Shown one piece after another: positions 38,601-52,930 of a stretch of 64,000 bases of DNA. How positions within the stretch are numbered: position 1 is the stretch's first letter; each line of letters opens with the position of its first letter. Under the pieces are notes generated by a model that worked only from the letters and a program-made list of their open reading frames with translations, was not told the DNA's origin and searched no databases. The position numbers and the translations under genes were made by a program. This DNA comes from Eledone cirrhosa (taxonomy: Eukaryota), in contig OZ024762.1 in assembly GCA_964016885.1 (NCBI GenBank), positions 29,264,001 through 29,328,000 on the forward strand, read 5' to 3'.

Positions 38601-41600
38601 AGATGTCAGGTTAGGGTGGTGGGTTGTCAGTAAGGGTAGAGGGTCAGATGTCAGGTTAGGGTGGTGGGTTGTCAGTAAGGGTAGAGGGTCAGATGTCATG
38701 TTAGGGTGGTGGGTTGGCAGTATTGGTAGAGGGTCAGATGTCAGGTTAGGGTGGTGGGTTGGCAGTAAGGGTAGAGGGTCAGATGTCAGGTTAGGGTGGT
38801 GGGTTGGCAGTATTGGTAGAGGGTCAGATGTCAGGTTAGGGTGGTGGGTTGGCAGTAAGGGTAGAGGGTCAGATGTCAGGTTAGGGTGGTGGGTTGCCAG
38901 TATTGGTAGAGGGTCAGATGTCAGGTTAGGGTGGTGGGTTGGCAGTATTGGTAGAGGGTCAGATGTCAGGTTAGGTTGGTGGGTTGGCAGTATTGGTAGA
39001 GGGTCAGATGTCAGGTTAGGGTGGTGGGTTGGCAGTAAGGGTAGAGGGTCAGATGTCATGTTAGGTTGGTGGGTTGGCAGTATTGGTAGAGGGTCAGATG
39101 TCAGGTTAGGGTGGTAGATTGGTAGTAAGGGTAGAGGGTCAGATGTCATGTTAGGGTGGTAGATTTGCAGTATTGGTAGAGGGTCAGATGTCATGTTAGG
39201 GTGGTCGGTTGTTAGTAAGGGTAGAGGGTCAGATGTCAGGTTAGGGTGGTGGGTTGGCAGTAAGGGTAGAGGGTGAGACACCATGTTAGGGTGGTGGGTT
39301 GGCAGTAAGGTTAGAGGGTCAGACACCATGTTAGGGTGGTGGGTTGGCAGTATTGGTAGAGGGTCAGATGTCAGGTTAGGGTGGTGGGTTGGCAGTAAGG
39401 GTAGAGGGTCAGATGTCAGGTTAGGGTGGTGGGTTGGCAGTAAGGGTAGAGGGTCAGACACCATGTTAGGGTGGTGGGTTGGCAGTAAGGGTAGAGGGTC
39501 AGATGTCAGGTTAGGGTGGTGGGTTGGCAGTAAGGGTAGAGGGTCAGATGTCAGGTTAGGGTGGTGGGTTGGCAGTAAGGGTAGAGGGTCAGATGTCAGG
39601 TTAGGGTGGTGGGTTGGCAGTATTGGTAAAGGGTCAGATGTCAGGTTAGGGTGGTGGGTTGGCAGTAAGGGTAGAGGGTCAGATGTCATGTTAGGGTGGT
39701 GGGTTGGCAGTATTGGTAGAGGGTCAGATGTCAGGTTAGGGTGGTGGGTTGGCAGTAAGGGTAGAGGGTCAGATGTCAGGTTAGGGTGGTGGGTTGCCAG
39801 TATTGGTAGAGGGTCAGATGTCAGGCTAGGGTGGTGGGTTGGCTGTATTGGTAGAGGGTCAGATGTCAGGTTAGGGTGGTGGGTTGGCAGTATTGGTAGA
39901 GGGTCAGATGTCAGGTTAGGGTGGTGGGTTGGCAGTAAGGGTAGAGGGTCAGATGTCATGTTAGGTTGGTGGGTTGGCAGTATTGGTAGAGGGTCAGATG
40001 TCAGGTTAGGGTGGTAGATTGGTAGTAAGGGTAGAGGGTCAGATGTCATGTTAGGGTGGTAGATTTGCAGTATTGGTAGAGGGTCAGATGTCATGTTAGG
40101 GTGGTGGGTTGTTAGTAAGGGTAGAGGGTCAGATGTCAGGTTAGGGTGGTGGGTTGGCAGTAAGGGTAGAGGGTCAGATGCCATGTTAGGGTGGTAGATT
40201 TGCAGTATTGGTAGAGGGTCAGATGTCATGTTAGGGTGGTGGGTTGGCAGTAAGGGTAGAGGGTCAGACACCATGTTAGGGTGGTTGGTTGGCAGTATTG
40301 GTAGAGGGTCAGATGTCAGGTTAGGGTGGTGGGTTGGCAGTATTGGTAGAGGGTCAGATGTCAGGTTAGGGTGGTGGGTTGGCAGTATTGGTAGAGGGTC
40401 AGATGTCATGTTACGGTGGTGGATTGGCAGTAAGGGTAGAGGGTCAGATGTCATGTTAGGGTGGTGGGTTGGCAGTATTGGTAAAGGGTCAGATGTCAGG
40501 TTAGGGTGGTGGGTTGGCAGTATTGGTAGAGGGTCAGATGTCATGTTAGGGTGGTGGGTTGGCAGTATTGGTAGAGGGTCAGACGTCACGTTAGGGTGGT
40601 GGGTTGGCAGTATTGGTAGAGGGTCAGATGTCAGGTTAGGGTGGTGGGTTGGCAGTATTGGTAGAGGGTCAGATGTCATGTTAGGGTGGTAGATTGGTAG
40701 TAAGGGTAGAGGGTCAGATGTCATGTTAGGGTGGTGGGTTGGCAGTATTGGTAGAGGGTCAGATGTCAGGTTAGGGTGGTAGATTGGCAGTATTGGTAGA
40801 GGGATGGATGTCAGGTTAGGGTGGTGGTTTGGCAGTAAGGGTAGAGGGTCAGATGTCAGGTTAGGGTGGTGGGTTGGCAGTAAGGGTAGAGGGTCAGATG
40901 TCATGTTAGGGTGGTGGGTTTGCAGTATTGGTAGAGGGTCAGATGTCAGGTTAGGGTGGTGGGTTGGCAGTATTGGTAGAGGGTCACATGTCAGGTTAGG
41001 GTGGTGGTTTGGCAGTATTGGTAGAGGGTCAGATGTCATGTTAGGGTGGTGGTTTGGCAGTATTGGTAGAGGGTCAGATGTCATGTTAGGGTGGTGGTTT
41101 GGCAGTAAGGGTAGAGGGTCAGATGTCATGTTAGGGTGGTGGGTTGGCAGTAAGGGTAGAGGGTCAGATGTCATGTTAGGGTGGTGGGTTGGCAGTATTG
41201 GTAGAGGGTCAGACGCCATGTTAGGGTGGTGGGTTGGCAGTATTGGTAGAGGGTCAGATGTCATGTTAGGGTGGTGGGTTGGCAGTATTGGTAGAGGGTC
41301 AGATGTCAGGTTAGGGTGGTGGGTTGGCAGTAAGGGTAGAGGGTCAGATGTCGGGTTAGGGTGGTGGGTTGCCAGTATTGGTAGAGGGTCAGATGTCAGG
41401 TTAGGGTGGTGGGTTGGCAGTATTGGTAGAGGGTCAGATGTCAGGTTAGGGTGGTGGGTTGGCAGTATTGGTAGAGGGTCAGATGTCAGGTTAGGGTGGT
41501 GGGGTGGCAGTAAGGGTAGAGGGTCAGATGTCAGGTTAGGGTGGTGGGTTGGCAGTATTGGTAGAGGGTCAGATGTCATGTTAGTGTGGTGGGTTGGCAG

Positions 41601-43050
41601 TATTGGTAGAGGGTCAGATATCATGTTAGGGTGGTGGGTTGGCAGTATTGGTAGAGGATCAGATGTCATGTTAGGGTGGTGGGTTGGCAGTATTGGTAGA
41701 GGGTCAGATGTCAGGTTAGGGTGGTGGGTTGGCAGTAAGGGTAGAGGGTCAGATGTCAGCTTAGGGTGGTGGGTTGGCAGTATTGGTAGAGGGTCAGATG
41801 TCAGGTTAGGGTGGTGGGTTGGCAGTAAGGGTAGAGGGTCAGATGTCAGGTTAGGGTGGTGGGTTGGCAGTAAGGGTAGAGGGTCAGATGTCAGGTTATG
41901 GTGGTGGTTTGGCAGTATTGGTAGAGGGCCAGATGTCAGGTTAGGGTGGTGGGTTGGCAGTATTGGTAGAGGGTCAGATGTCAGGTTAGGGTGGTGGGTT
42001 GGCAGTATTGGTAGAGGGTCCGATGTCAGGTTAGGGTGGTGGGTTGGCAGTAAGGGTAGAGTGTCAGACACCATGTTAGGGTGGTGGGTTGGCAGTAAGG
42101 GTAGAGAGTCAGACACCATGTTAGGGTGATGGGTTGGCATTAAGGGTAGAGGGTCAGATGCCATGTTAGGGTGGTGGGTTGGCAGTAAGGGTAGAGGGTC
42201 AGATGCCATGTTATGGTGGTGGGTTGGCAGTAAGGGTAGAGGGTCAGATGTCATGTTAGGGTGGTGGTTTGGCAGTAAGGGTAGAGGGTCAGATGTCAGG
42301 TTAGGGTGGTGGGTTGTCAGTAAGGGTAGAGGGTCAGATGTCAGGTTAGGGTGTTGGGTTGGCAGTAAGGGTAGAGGGTCAGATGTCAGGTTAGGGTGGT
42401 GGGTTGTCAGTAAGGGTAGAGGGTCAGATGTCAGGTTAGGGTGGTGGGTTGTCAGTAAGGGTAGAGGGTCAGATGTCATGTTAGGGTGGTGGGTTGGCAG
42501 TATTGGTAGAGGGTCAGATGTCAGGTTAGGGTGGTGGGTTGGCAGTAAGGGTAGAGGGTCAGATGTCAGGTTAGGGTGGTGGGTTGGCAGTATTGGTAGA
42601 GGGTCAGATGTCAGGTTAGGGTGGTGGGTTGGCAGTAAGGGTAGAGGGTCAGATGTCAGGTTAGGGTGGTGGGTTGCCAGTATTGGTAGAGGGTCAGATG
42701 TCAGGTTAGGGTGGTGGGTTGGCAGTATTGGTAGAGGGTCAGATGTCAGGTTAGGTTGGTGGGTTGGCAGTATTGGTAGAGGGTCAGATGTCAGGTTAGG
42801 GTGGTGGGTTGGCAGTAAGGGTAGAGGGTCAGATGTCATGTTAGGTTGGTGGGTTGGCAGTATTGGTAGAGGGTCAGATGTCAGGTTAGCGTGGTAGATT
42901 GGTAGTAAGGGTAGAGGGTCAGATGTCATGTTAGGGTGGTAGATTTGCAGTATTGGTAGAGGGTCAGATGTCATGTTAGGGTGGTCGGTTGTTAGTAAGG
43001 GTAGAGGGTCAGATGTCAGGTTAGGGTGGTGGGTTGGCAGTAAGGGTAGA
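35700..43050. repeat. Near-perfect tandem duplication in satellite B, period 3780 bp (84 monomers); partial further copies to ~49 kb
   Basis: ORF pairs 36448/40228, 37024/40804 and 38383/42163 are offset 3780. The unique marker GGGATGGATG occurs at 37021, 40801, 43681 and 47821. Confidence 0.92.
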
Positions 43051-46000
43051 GTGTCAGATGCCATGTTAGGGTGGTAGATTTGCAGTATTGGTAGAGGGTC
43101 AGATGTCATGTTAGGGTGGTGGGTTGGCAGTAAGGGTAGAGGGTCAGACACCATGTTAGGGTGGTTGGTTGGCAGTATTGGTAGAGGGTCAGATGTCAGG
43201 TTAGGGTGGTGGGTTGGCAGTATTGGTAGAGGGTCAGATGTCAGGTTAGGGTGGTGGGTTGGCAGTATTGGTAGAGGGTCAGATGTCATGTTACGGTGGT
43301 GGATTGGCAGTAAGGGTAGAGGGTCAGATGTCATGTTAGGGTGGTGGGTTGGCAGTATTGATAAAGGGTCAGATGTCAGGTTAGGGTGGTGGGTTGGCAG
43401 TATTGGTAGAGGGTCAGATGTCATGTTAGGGTGGTGGGTTGGCAGTATTGGTAGAGGGTCAGACGTCAGGTTAGGGTGGTGGGTTGGCAGTATTGGTAGA
43501 GGGTCAGATGTCAGGTTAGGGTGGTGGGTTGGCAGTATTGGTAGAGGGTCAGATGTCATGTTAGGGTGGTAGATTGGTAGTAAGGGTAGAGGGTCAGATG
43601 TCATGTTAGGGTGGTGGGTTGGCAGTATTGGTAGAGGGTCAGATGTCAGGTTAGGGTGGTAGATTGGCAGTATTGGTAGAGGGATGGATGTCAGGTTAGG
43701 GTGGTGGTTTGGCAGTAAGGGTAGAGGGTCAAATGTCAGGTTAGGGTGGTGGGTTGGCAGTAAGGGTAGAGGGTCAGATGTCATGTTAGGGTGGTGGGTT
43801 TGCAGTATTGGTAGAGGGTCAGATGTCAGGTTAGGGTGGTGGGTTGGCAGTATTGGTAGAGGGTCACATGTCAGGTTAGGGTGGTGGTTTGGCAGTATTG
43901 GTAGAGGGTCAGATGTCATGTTAGGGTGGTGGTTTGGCAGTATTGGTAGAGGGTCAGATGTCATGTTAGGGTGGTGGTTTGGCAGTAAGGGTAGAGGGTC
44001 AGATGTCATGTTAGGGTGGTGGGTTGGCAGTAATGGTAGAGGGTCAGATGTCATGTTAGGGTGGTGGGTTGGCAGTATTGGTAGAGGGTCAGACGCCATG
44101 TTAGGGTGGTGGGTTGGCAGTATTGGTAGAGGGTCAGATGTCATGTTAGGGTGGTGGGTTGGCAGTATTGGTAGAGGGTCAGATGTCAGGTTAGGGTGGT
44201 GGGTTGGCAGTAAGGGTAGAGGGTCAGATGTCGGGTTAGGGTGGTGGGTTGCCAGTATTGGTAGAGGGTCAGATGTCAGGTTAGGGTGGTGGGTTGGCAG
44301 TATTGGTAGAGGGTCAGATGTCAGGTTAGGGTGGTGGGTTGGCAGTATTGGTAGAGGGTCAGATGTCAGGTTAGGGTGGTGGGTTGGCAGTAAGGGTAGA
44401 GGGTGAGATGTCAGGTTAGGGTGGTGGGTTGGCAGTATTGGTAGAGGGTCAGATGTCATGTTAGTGTGGTGGGTTGGCAGTATTGGTAGAGGGTCAGATA
44501 TCATGTTAGGGTGGTGGGTTGGCAGTATTGGTAGAGGATCAGATGTCATGTTAGGGTGGTGGGTTGGCAGTATTGGTAGAGGGTCAGATGTCAGGTTAGG
44601 GTGGTGGGTTGGCAGTAAGGGTAGAGGGTCAGATGTCAGGTTAGGGTGGTGGGTTGGCAGTATTGGTAGAGGGTCAGATGTCAGGTTAGGGTGGTGGGTT
44701 GGCAGTAAGGGTAGAGGGTCAGATGTCAGGTTAGGGTGGTGGGTTGGCAGTAAGGGTAGAGGGTCAGATGTCAGGTTATGGTGGTGGTTTGGCAGTATTG
44801 GTAGAGGGCCAGATGTCAGGTTAGGGTGGTGGGTTGGCAGTATTGGTAGAGGGTCAGATGTCAGGTTAGGGTGGTGGGTTGGCAGTATTGGTAGAGGGTC
44901 CGATGTCAGGTTAGGGTGGTGGGTTGGCAGTAAGGGTAGAGTGTCAGACACCATGTTAGGGTGGTGGGTTGGCAGTAAGGGTAGAGGGTCAGACACCATG
45001 TTAGGGTGATGGGTTGGCATTAAGGGTAGAGGGTCAGATGCCATGTTAGGGTGGTGGGTTGGCAGTAAGGGTAGAGGGTCAGATGCCATGTTATGGTGGT
45101 GCGTTGGCAGTAAGGGTAGAGGGTCAGATGTCATGTTAGGGTGGTGGTTTGGCAGTAAGGGTAGAGGGTCAGATGTCAGGTTAGGGTGGTGGGTTGTCAG
45201 TAAGGGTAGAGGGTCAGATGTCAGGTTAGGGTGGTGGGTTGGCAGTAAGGGTAGAGGGTCAGATGTCAGGTTAGGGTGGTGGGTTGTCAGTAAGGGTAGA
45301 GGGTCAGATGTCAGGTTAGGGTGGTGGGTTGGCAGTAAGGGTAGAGGGTCAGATGTCAGGTTAGGGTGGTGGGTTGGCAGTAAGGGTAGAGGGTCAGATG
45401 TCAGGTTAGGATGGTGGGTTGGCAGTAAGGGTAGAGGGTCAGATGTCATGTTAGGGTGGTGGGTTGGCAGTAAGGGTAGAGGGTCAGATGTCATGTTAGG
45501 GTGGTGGGTTGGCAGTAAGGGTAGAGGGTCAGACACCATGTTAGGGTGGTGGGTTGGCAGTAAGGGTAGAGGGTCAGATGTCATGTTAGGGTGGTGGGTT
45601 GGCAGTAAGGGTAGAGGGTCAGATGTCAGGTTAGGATGGTGGGTTGTCAGTAAGGGTAGAGGGTCAGATGTCAGGTTAGGGTGGTGGGTTGGCAGTAAGG
45701 GTAGAGGGTCAGATGTCATGTTAGGGTGGTGGGTTTGCAGTATTGGTAGAGGGTCAGATGTCAGGTTAGGGTGGTGGGTTGGCAGTATTGGTAGAGAGTC
45801 ACATGTCAGGTTAGGCTGGTGGTTTGGCAGTATTGGTAGAGGGTCAGATGTCAGGTTAGGGTGGTGGTTTGGCAATATTGGTAGAGGGTCAGATGTCATG
45901 TTAGGGTGGTGGGTTGGCAGGAAGGGTAGAGGGTCAGATGTCATGTTAGGGTGGTGGGTTGGCAGTATTGGTAGAGGGTCAGGCGCCATGTTAGGGTGGT

Positions 46001-48959
46001 GGGTTGGCAGTATTGGTAGAGGGTCAGATGTCATGTTAGGGTGGTGGGTTGGCAGAATTGGTAGAGGGTCAGATGTCATGTTAGGGTGGTGGGTTGGCAG
46101 TATTGGTAGAGGGTCAGATGTCAGGTTAGGGTGGTGGGTTGGCAGTATTGGTAGAGGGTCAGATGGCAGGTTAGGGTGGTGGGTTGGCAGTATTGGTAGA
46201 GGGTCAGACGCCATGTTAGGGTGGTGGGTTGGCAGTATTGGTAGAGGGTCAGATGTCATGTTAGGGTGGTGGGTTGGCAGTATTGGTAGAGGGTCAGATG
46301 TCATGTTAGGGTGGTGGGTTGGCACTATTGGTAGAGGGTCAGATGTCAGGTTAGGGTGGTGGGTTGGCAGTAAGGGTAGAGGGTCAGATGTCAGGTTAGG
46401 GTGGTGGGTTGCCAGTATTGGTAGAGGGTCAGATGTCAGGTTAGGGTGGTGGGTTGGCAGTATTGGTAGAGGGTCCGATGTCAGGTTAGGGTGGTGGGTT
46501 GGCAGTAAGGGTAGAGTGTCAGACACCATGTTAGGGTGGTGGGTTGGCATAAAGGGTAGAGGGTCAGACACCATGTTAGGGTGATGGGTTGGCAGTAAGG
46601 GTAGAGGGTCAGATGCCATGTTAGGGTGGTGGGTTGGCAGTAAGGGTAGAGGGTCAGATGCCATGTTATGGTGGTGGGTTGGCAGTAAGGGTAGAGGGTC
46701 AGATGTCATGTTAGGGTGGTGGTTTGGCAGTAAGGGTAGAGGGTCAGATGTCATGTTAGGGTGGTGGGTTGGCAGTATTGGTAGAGGGTCAGATGTCAGG
46801 TTAGGGTGGTGGGTTGGCAGTAAGGGTAGAGGGTCAGATGTCAGGTTAGGGTGGTGGGTTGCCAGTATTGGTAGAGGGTCAGATGTCAGGTTAGGGTGGT
46901 GGGTTGGCAGTATTGGTAGAGGGTCAGATGTCAGGTTAGGGTGGTGGGTTGGCAGTATTGGTAGAGGGTCAGATGTCAGGTTAGGGTGGTGGGGTGGCAG
47001 TAAGGGTAGAGGGTCAGATGTCATGTTAGGTTGGTGGGTTGGCAGTATTGGTAGAGGGTCAGATGTCAGGTTAGGGTGGTAGATTGGTAGTAAGGGTAGA
47101 GGGTCAGATGTCATGTTAGGGTGGTAGATTTGCAGTATTGGTAGAGGGTCAGATGTCATGTTAGGGTGGTGGGTTGTTAGTAAGGGTAGAGGGTCAGATG
47201 TCAGGTTAGGGTGGTGGGTTGGCAGTAAGGGTAGAGGGTCAGATGCCATGTTAGGGTGGTAGATTTGCAGTATTGGTAGAGGGTCAGATGTCATGTTAGG
47301 GTGGTTGGTTGGCAGTAAGGGTAGAGGGTCAGACACCATGTTAGGGTGGTTGGTTGGCAGTATTGGTAGAGGGTCAGATGTCAGGTTAGGGTGGTGGGTT
47401 GGCAGTATTGGTAGAGGGTCAGATGTCAGGTTAGGGTGGTGGGTTGGCAGTATTGGTAGAGGGTCAGATGTCATGTTACGGTGGTGGATTGGCAGTAAGG
47501 GTAGAGGGTCAGATGTCATGTTAGGGTGGTGGGTTGGCAGTATTGGTAAAGGGTCAGATGTCAGGTTAGGGTGGTGGGTTGGCAGTATTGGTAGAGGGTC
47601 AGATGTCATGTTAGGGTGGTGGGTTGGCAGTATTGGTAGAGGGTCAGATGTCAGGTTAGGGTGGTGGGTTGGCAGTATTGGTAGAGGGTCAGATGTCATG
47701 TTAGGGTGGTAGATTGGTAGTAAGGGTAGAGGGTCAGATGTCATGTTAGGGTGGTGGGTTGGCAGTATTGGTAGAGGGTCAGATGTCAGGTTAGGGTGGT
47801 AGATTGGCAGTATTGGTAGAGGGATGGATGTCAGGTTAGGGTGGTGGTTTGGCAGTAAGGGTAGAGGGTCAGATGTCAGGTTAGGGTGGTGGGTTGGCAG
47901 TAAGGGTAGAGGGTCAGATGTCATGTTAGGGTGGTGGGTTTGCAGTATTGGTAGAGGGTCAGATGTCAGGTTAGGGTGGTGGGTTGGCAGTATTGGTAGA
48001 GGGTCACATGTCAGGTTAGGGTGGTGGTTTGGCAGTATTGGTAGAGGGTCAGATGTCATGTTAGGGTGGTGGTTTGGCAGTATTGGTAGAGGGTCAGATG
48101 TCATGTTAGGGTGGTGGTTTGGCAGTAAGGGTAGAGGGTCAGATGTCATGTTAGGGTGGTGGGTTGGCAGTAAGGGTAGAGGGTCAGATGTCATGTTAGG
48201 GTGGTGGGTTGGCAGTATTGGTAGAGGGTCAGACGCCATGTTAGGGTGGTGGGTTGGCAGTATTGGTAGAGGGTCAGATGTCATGTTAGGGTGGTGGGTT
48301 GGCAGTATTGGTAGAGGGTCAGATGTCAGGTTAGGGTGGTGGGTTGGCAGTAAGGGTAGAGGGTCAGATGTCGGGTTAGGGTGGTGGGTTGCCAGTATTG
48401 GTAGAGGGTCAGATGTCAGGTTAGGGTGGTGGGTTGGCAGTATTGGTAGAGGGTCAGATGTCAGGTTAGGGTGGTGGGTTGGCAGTATTGGTAGAGGGTC
48501 AGATGTCAGGTTAGGGTGGTGGGTTGGCAGTAAGGGTAGAGGGTCAGATGTCAGGTTAGGGTGGTGGGTTGGCAGTATTGGTAGAGGGTCAGATGTCATG
48601 TTAGTGTGGTGGGTTGGCAGTATTGGTAGAGGGTCAGATATCATGTTAGGGTGGTGGGTTGGCAGTATTGGTAGAGGATCAGATGTCATGTTAGGGTGGT
48701 GGGTTGGCAGTATTGGTAGAGGGTCAGATGTCAGGTTAGGGTGGTGGGTTGGCAGTAAGGGTAGAGGGTCAGATGTCAGGTTAGGGTGGTGGGTTGGCAG
48801 TATTGGTAGAGGGTCAGATGTCAGGTTAGGGTGGTGGGTTGGCAGTAAGGGTAGAGGGTCAGATGTCAGGTTAGGGTGGTGGGTTGGCAGTAAGGGTAGA
48901 GGGTCAGATGTCAGGTTATGGTGGTGGTTTGGCAGTATTGGTAGAGGGCCAGATGTCAG

Positions 48960-51900
48960 GTTAGGGTGGTGGGTTGGCAGTATTGGTAGAGGGTCAGATG
49001 TCAGGTTATGGTGGTGGGTTGGCAGTAAGGGTAGAGGGTCAGATGTCAGGTTAGGCTGGTGGGTTGCCAGTATTGGTAGAGGGTCAGATGTCAGGTTAGG
49101 GTGGTGGGTTGGCAGTAAGGGTAGAGTGTCAGACACCATGTTAGGGTGGTGGGTTGGCAGTAAGGGTAGAGGGTCAGACACCATGTTAGGGTGATGGGTT
49201 GGCATTAAGGGTAGAGGGTCAGATGCCATGTTAGGGTGGTGGGTTGGCAGTAAGGGTAGAGGGTCAGATGCCATGTTATGGTGGTGGGTTGGCAGTAAGG
49301 GTAGAGGGTCAGATGTCATGTTAGGGTGGTGGTTTGGCAGTAAGGGTAGAGGGTCAGATGTCAGGTTAGGGTGGTGGGTTGTCAGTAAGGGTAGAGGATC
49401 AGATGTCAGGTTAGGGTGGTGGGTTGGCAGTAAGGGTAGAGGGTCACATGTCAGGTTAGGGTGGTGGGTTGTCAGTAAGGGTAGAGGGTCAGATGTCAGG
49501 TTAGGGTGGTGGGTTGTCAGTAAGGGTAGAGGGTCAGATGTCAGGTTAGGGTGGTTGGTTGGCAGTAAGGGTAGAGGGTCAGATGTCAGGTTAGGGTGGT
49601 GGGTTGGCAGTAAGGGTAGAGGGTCAGATGTCAGGTTAGGATGGTGGGTTGGCAGTAAGGGTAGAGGGTCAGATGTCATGTTAGGGTGGTGGGTTGGCAG
49701 TAAGGGTAGAGGGTCAGATGTCATGTTAGGGTGGTGGGTTGGCAGTAAGGGTAGAGGGTCAGACACCATGTTAGGGTGGTGGGTTGGCAGTAAGGGTAGA
49801 GGGTCAGATGTCATGTTAGGGTGGTGGGTTGGCAGTAAGGGTAGAGGGTCAGATGTCAGGTTAGGGTGGTGGGTTGTCAGTAAGGGTAGAGGGTCAGATG
49901 TCAGGTTAGGGTGGTGGGTTGGCAGTAAGGGTAGAGGGTCAGATGTCATGTTAGGGTGGTGGGTTTGCAGTATTGGTAGAGGGTCAGATGTCAGGTTAGG
50001 GTGGTGGGTTGGCAGTATTGGTAGAGAGTCACATGTCAGGTTAGGGTGGTGGTTTGGCAGTATTGGTAGAGGGTCAGATGTCAGGTTAGGGTGGTGGTTT
50101 GGCAGTATTGGTAGAGGGTCAGATGTCATGTTAGGGTGGTGGTTTGGCAGTAAGGGTAGAGGGTCAGATGTCATGTTAGGGTGGTGGGTTGGCAGGAAGG
50201 GTAGAGGGTCAGATGTCATGTTAGGGTGGTGGGTTGGCAGTATTGGTAGAGGGTCAGACGCCATGTTAGGGTGGTGGGTTGGCAGTATTGGTAGAGGGTC
50301 AGATGTCATGTTAGGGTGGTGGGTTGGCAGTATTGGTAGAGGGTCAGATGTCATGTTAGGGTGGTGGGTTGGCAGTATTGGTAGAGGGTCAGATGTCAGG
50401 TTAGGGTGGTGGGTTGGCAGTATTGGTAGAGGGTCAGATGGCAGGTTAGGGTGGTGGGTTGGCAGTATTGGTAGAGGGTCAGACGCCATGTTAGGGTGGT
50501 GGGTTGGCAGTATTGGTAGAGGGTCAGATGTCATGTTAGGGTGGTGGGTTGGCAGTATTGGTAGAGGGTCAGATGTCATGTTAGGGTGGTGGGTTGGCAC
50601 TATTGGTAGAGGGTCAGATGTCAGGTTAGGGTGGTGGGTTGGCAGTAAGGGTAGAGGGTCAGATGTCAGGTTAGGGTGGTGGGTTGCCAGTATTGGTAGA
50701 GGGTCAGATGTCAGGTTAGGGTGGTGGGTTGGCAGTATTGGTAGAGGGTCAGATGGCAGGTTAGGGTGGTGGGTTGGCAGTATTGGTAGAGGGTCAGACG
50801 CCATGTTAGGGTGGTGTGTTGGCAGTATTGGTCGAGGGTCAGATGTCATGTTAGGGTGGTGGGTTGGCAGTATTGGTAGAGGGTCAGATGTCATGTTAGG
50901 GTGGTGGATTGGCAGTATTGGTAGAGGGTCAGATGTCAGGTTAGGGTGGTGGGTTGGCAGTATTGGTAGAGGGTCAGATGTCAGGTTATGGTGGTGGGTT
51001 GGCAGTAAGGGTAGAGGGTCAGATGTCAGGTTAGGCTGGTGGGTTGCCAGTATTGGTAGAGGGTCAGATGTCAGGTTAGGGTGGTGGGTTGGCAGTAAGG
51101 GTAGAGTGTCAGACACCATGTTAGGGTGGTGGGTTGGCAGTAAGGGTAGAGGGTCAGACACCATGTTAGGGTGATGGGTTGGCATTAAGGGTAGAGGGTC
51201 AGATGCCATGTTAGGGTGGTGGGTTGGCAGTAAGGGTAGAGGGTCAGATGCCATGTTATGGTGGTGGGTTGGCAGTAAGGGTAGAGGGTCAGATGTCATG
51301 TTAGGGTGGTGGTTTGGCAGTAAGGGTAGAGGGTCAGATGTCAGGTTAGGGTGGTGGGTTGTCAGTAAGGGTAGAGGATCAGATGTCAGGTTAGGGTGGT
51401 GGGTTGGCAGTAAGGGTAGAGGGTCACATGTCAGGTTAGGGTGGTGGGTTGTCAGTAAGGGTAGAGGGTCAGATGTCAGGTTAGTGTGGTGGGTTGTCAG
51501 TAAGGGTAGAGGGTCAGATGTCAGGTTAGGGTGGTTGGTTGGCAGTAAGGGTAGAGGGTCAGATGTCAGGTTAGGGTGGTGGGTTGGCAGTAAGGGTAGA
51601 GGGTCAGATGTCAGGTTAGGATGGTGGGTTGGCAGTAAGGGTAGAGGGTCAGATGTCATGTTAGGGTGGTGGGTTGGCAGTAAGGGTAGAGGGTCAGATG
51701 TCATGTTAGGGTGGTGGGTTGGCAGTAAGGGTAGAGGGTCAGACACCATGTTAGGGTGGTGGGTTGGCAGTAAGGGTAGAGGGTCAGATGTCATGTTAGG
51801 GTGGTGGGTTGGCAGTAAGGGTAGAGGGTCAGATGTCAGGTTAGGGTGGTGGGTTGTCAGTAAGGGTAGAGGGTCAGATGTCAGGTTAGGGTGGTGGGTT

Positions 51901-52930
51901 GGCAGTAAGGGTAGAGGGTCAGATGTCATGTTAGGGTGGTGGGTTTGCAGTATTGGTAGAGGGTCAGATGTCAGGTTAGGGTGGTGGGTTGGCAGTATTG
52001 GTAGAGAGTCACATGTCAGGTTAGGGTGGTGGTTTGGCAGTATTGGTAGAGGGTCAGATGTCAGGTTAGGGTGGTGGTTTGGCAGTATTGGTAGAGGGTC
52101 AGATGTCATGTTAGGGTGGTGGTTTGGCAGTAAGGGTAGAGGGTCAGATGTCATGTTAGGGTGGTGGGTTGGCAGGAAGGGTAGAGGGTCAGATGTCATG
52201 TTAGGGTGGTGGGTTGGCAGTATTGGTAGAGGGTCAGACGCCATGTTAGGGTGGTGGGTTGGCAGTATTGGTAGAGGGTCAGATGTCATGTTAGGGTGGT
52301 GGGTTGGCAGTATTGGTAGAGGGTCAGATGTCATGTTAGGGTGGTGGGTTGGCAGTATTGGTAGAGGGTCAGATGTCAGGTTAGGGTGGTGGGTTGGCAG
52401 TATTGGTAGAGGGTCAGATGGCAGGTTAGGGTGGTGGGTTGGCAGTATTGGTAGAGGGTCAGACGCCATGTTAGGGTGGTGGGTTGGCAGTATTGGTAGA
52501 GGGTCAGATGTCATGTTAGGGTGGTGGGTTGGCAGTATTGGTAGAGGGTCAGATGTCATGTTAGGGTGGTGGGTTGGCACTATTGGTAGAGGGTCAGATG
52601 TCAGGTTAGGGTGGTGGGTTGGCAGTAAGGGTAGAGGGTCAGATGTCAGGTTAGGGTGGTGGGTTGCCAGTATTGGTAGAGGGTCAGATGTCAGGTTAGG
52701 GTGGTGGGTTGGCAGTATTGGTAGAGGGTCAGATGGCAGGTTAGGGTGGTGGGTTGGCAGTATTGGTAGAGGGTCAGACGCCATGTTAGGGTGGTGTGTT
52801 GGCAGTATTGGTCGAGGGTCAGATGTCATGTTAGGGTGGTGGGTTGGCAGTATTGGTAGAGGGTCAGATGTCATGTTAGGGTGGTGGATTGGCAGTATTG
52901 GTAGAGGGTCAGATGTCAGGTTAGGGTGGT
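48960..52930. repeat. Tandem duplication in satellite B, period 1980 bp (44 monomers)
   Basis: ORFs 49228/51208. Shared markers TTAGGCTGG (49051/51031), GGCAGGAAGG (50191/52171) and GTCGAGGG (50831/52811). Confidence 0.9.

Noticed and set aside
45811-51045. Chi octamer GCTGGTGG created by the TTAGGCTGGTGG variant (~45815, 49055, 51035)
   Set aside because: It is a single substitution from the consensus. Chi is an E. coli RecBCD signal with no supportable role in this eukaryote-like satellite.
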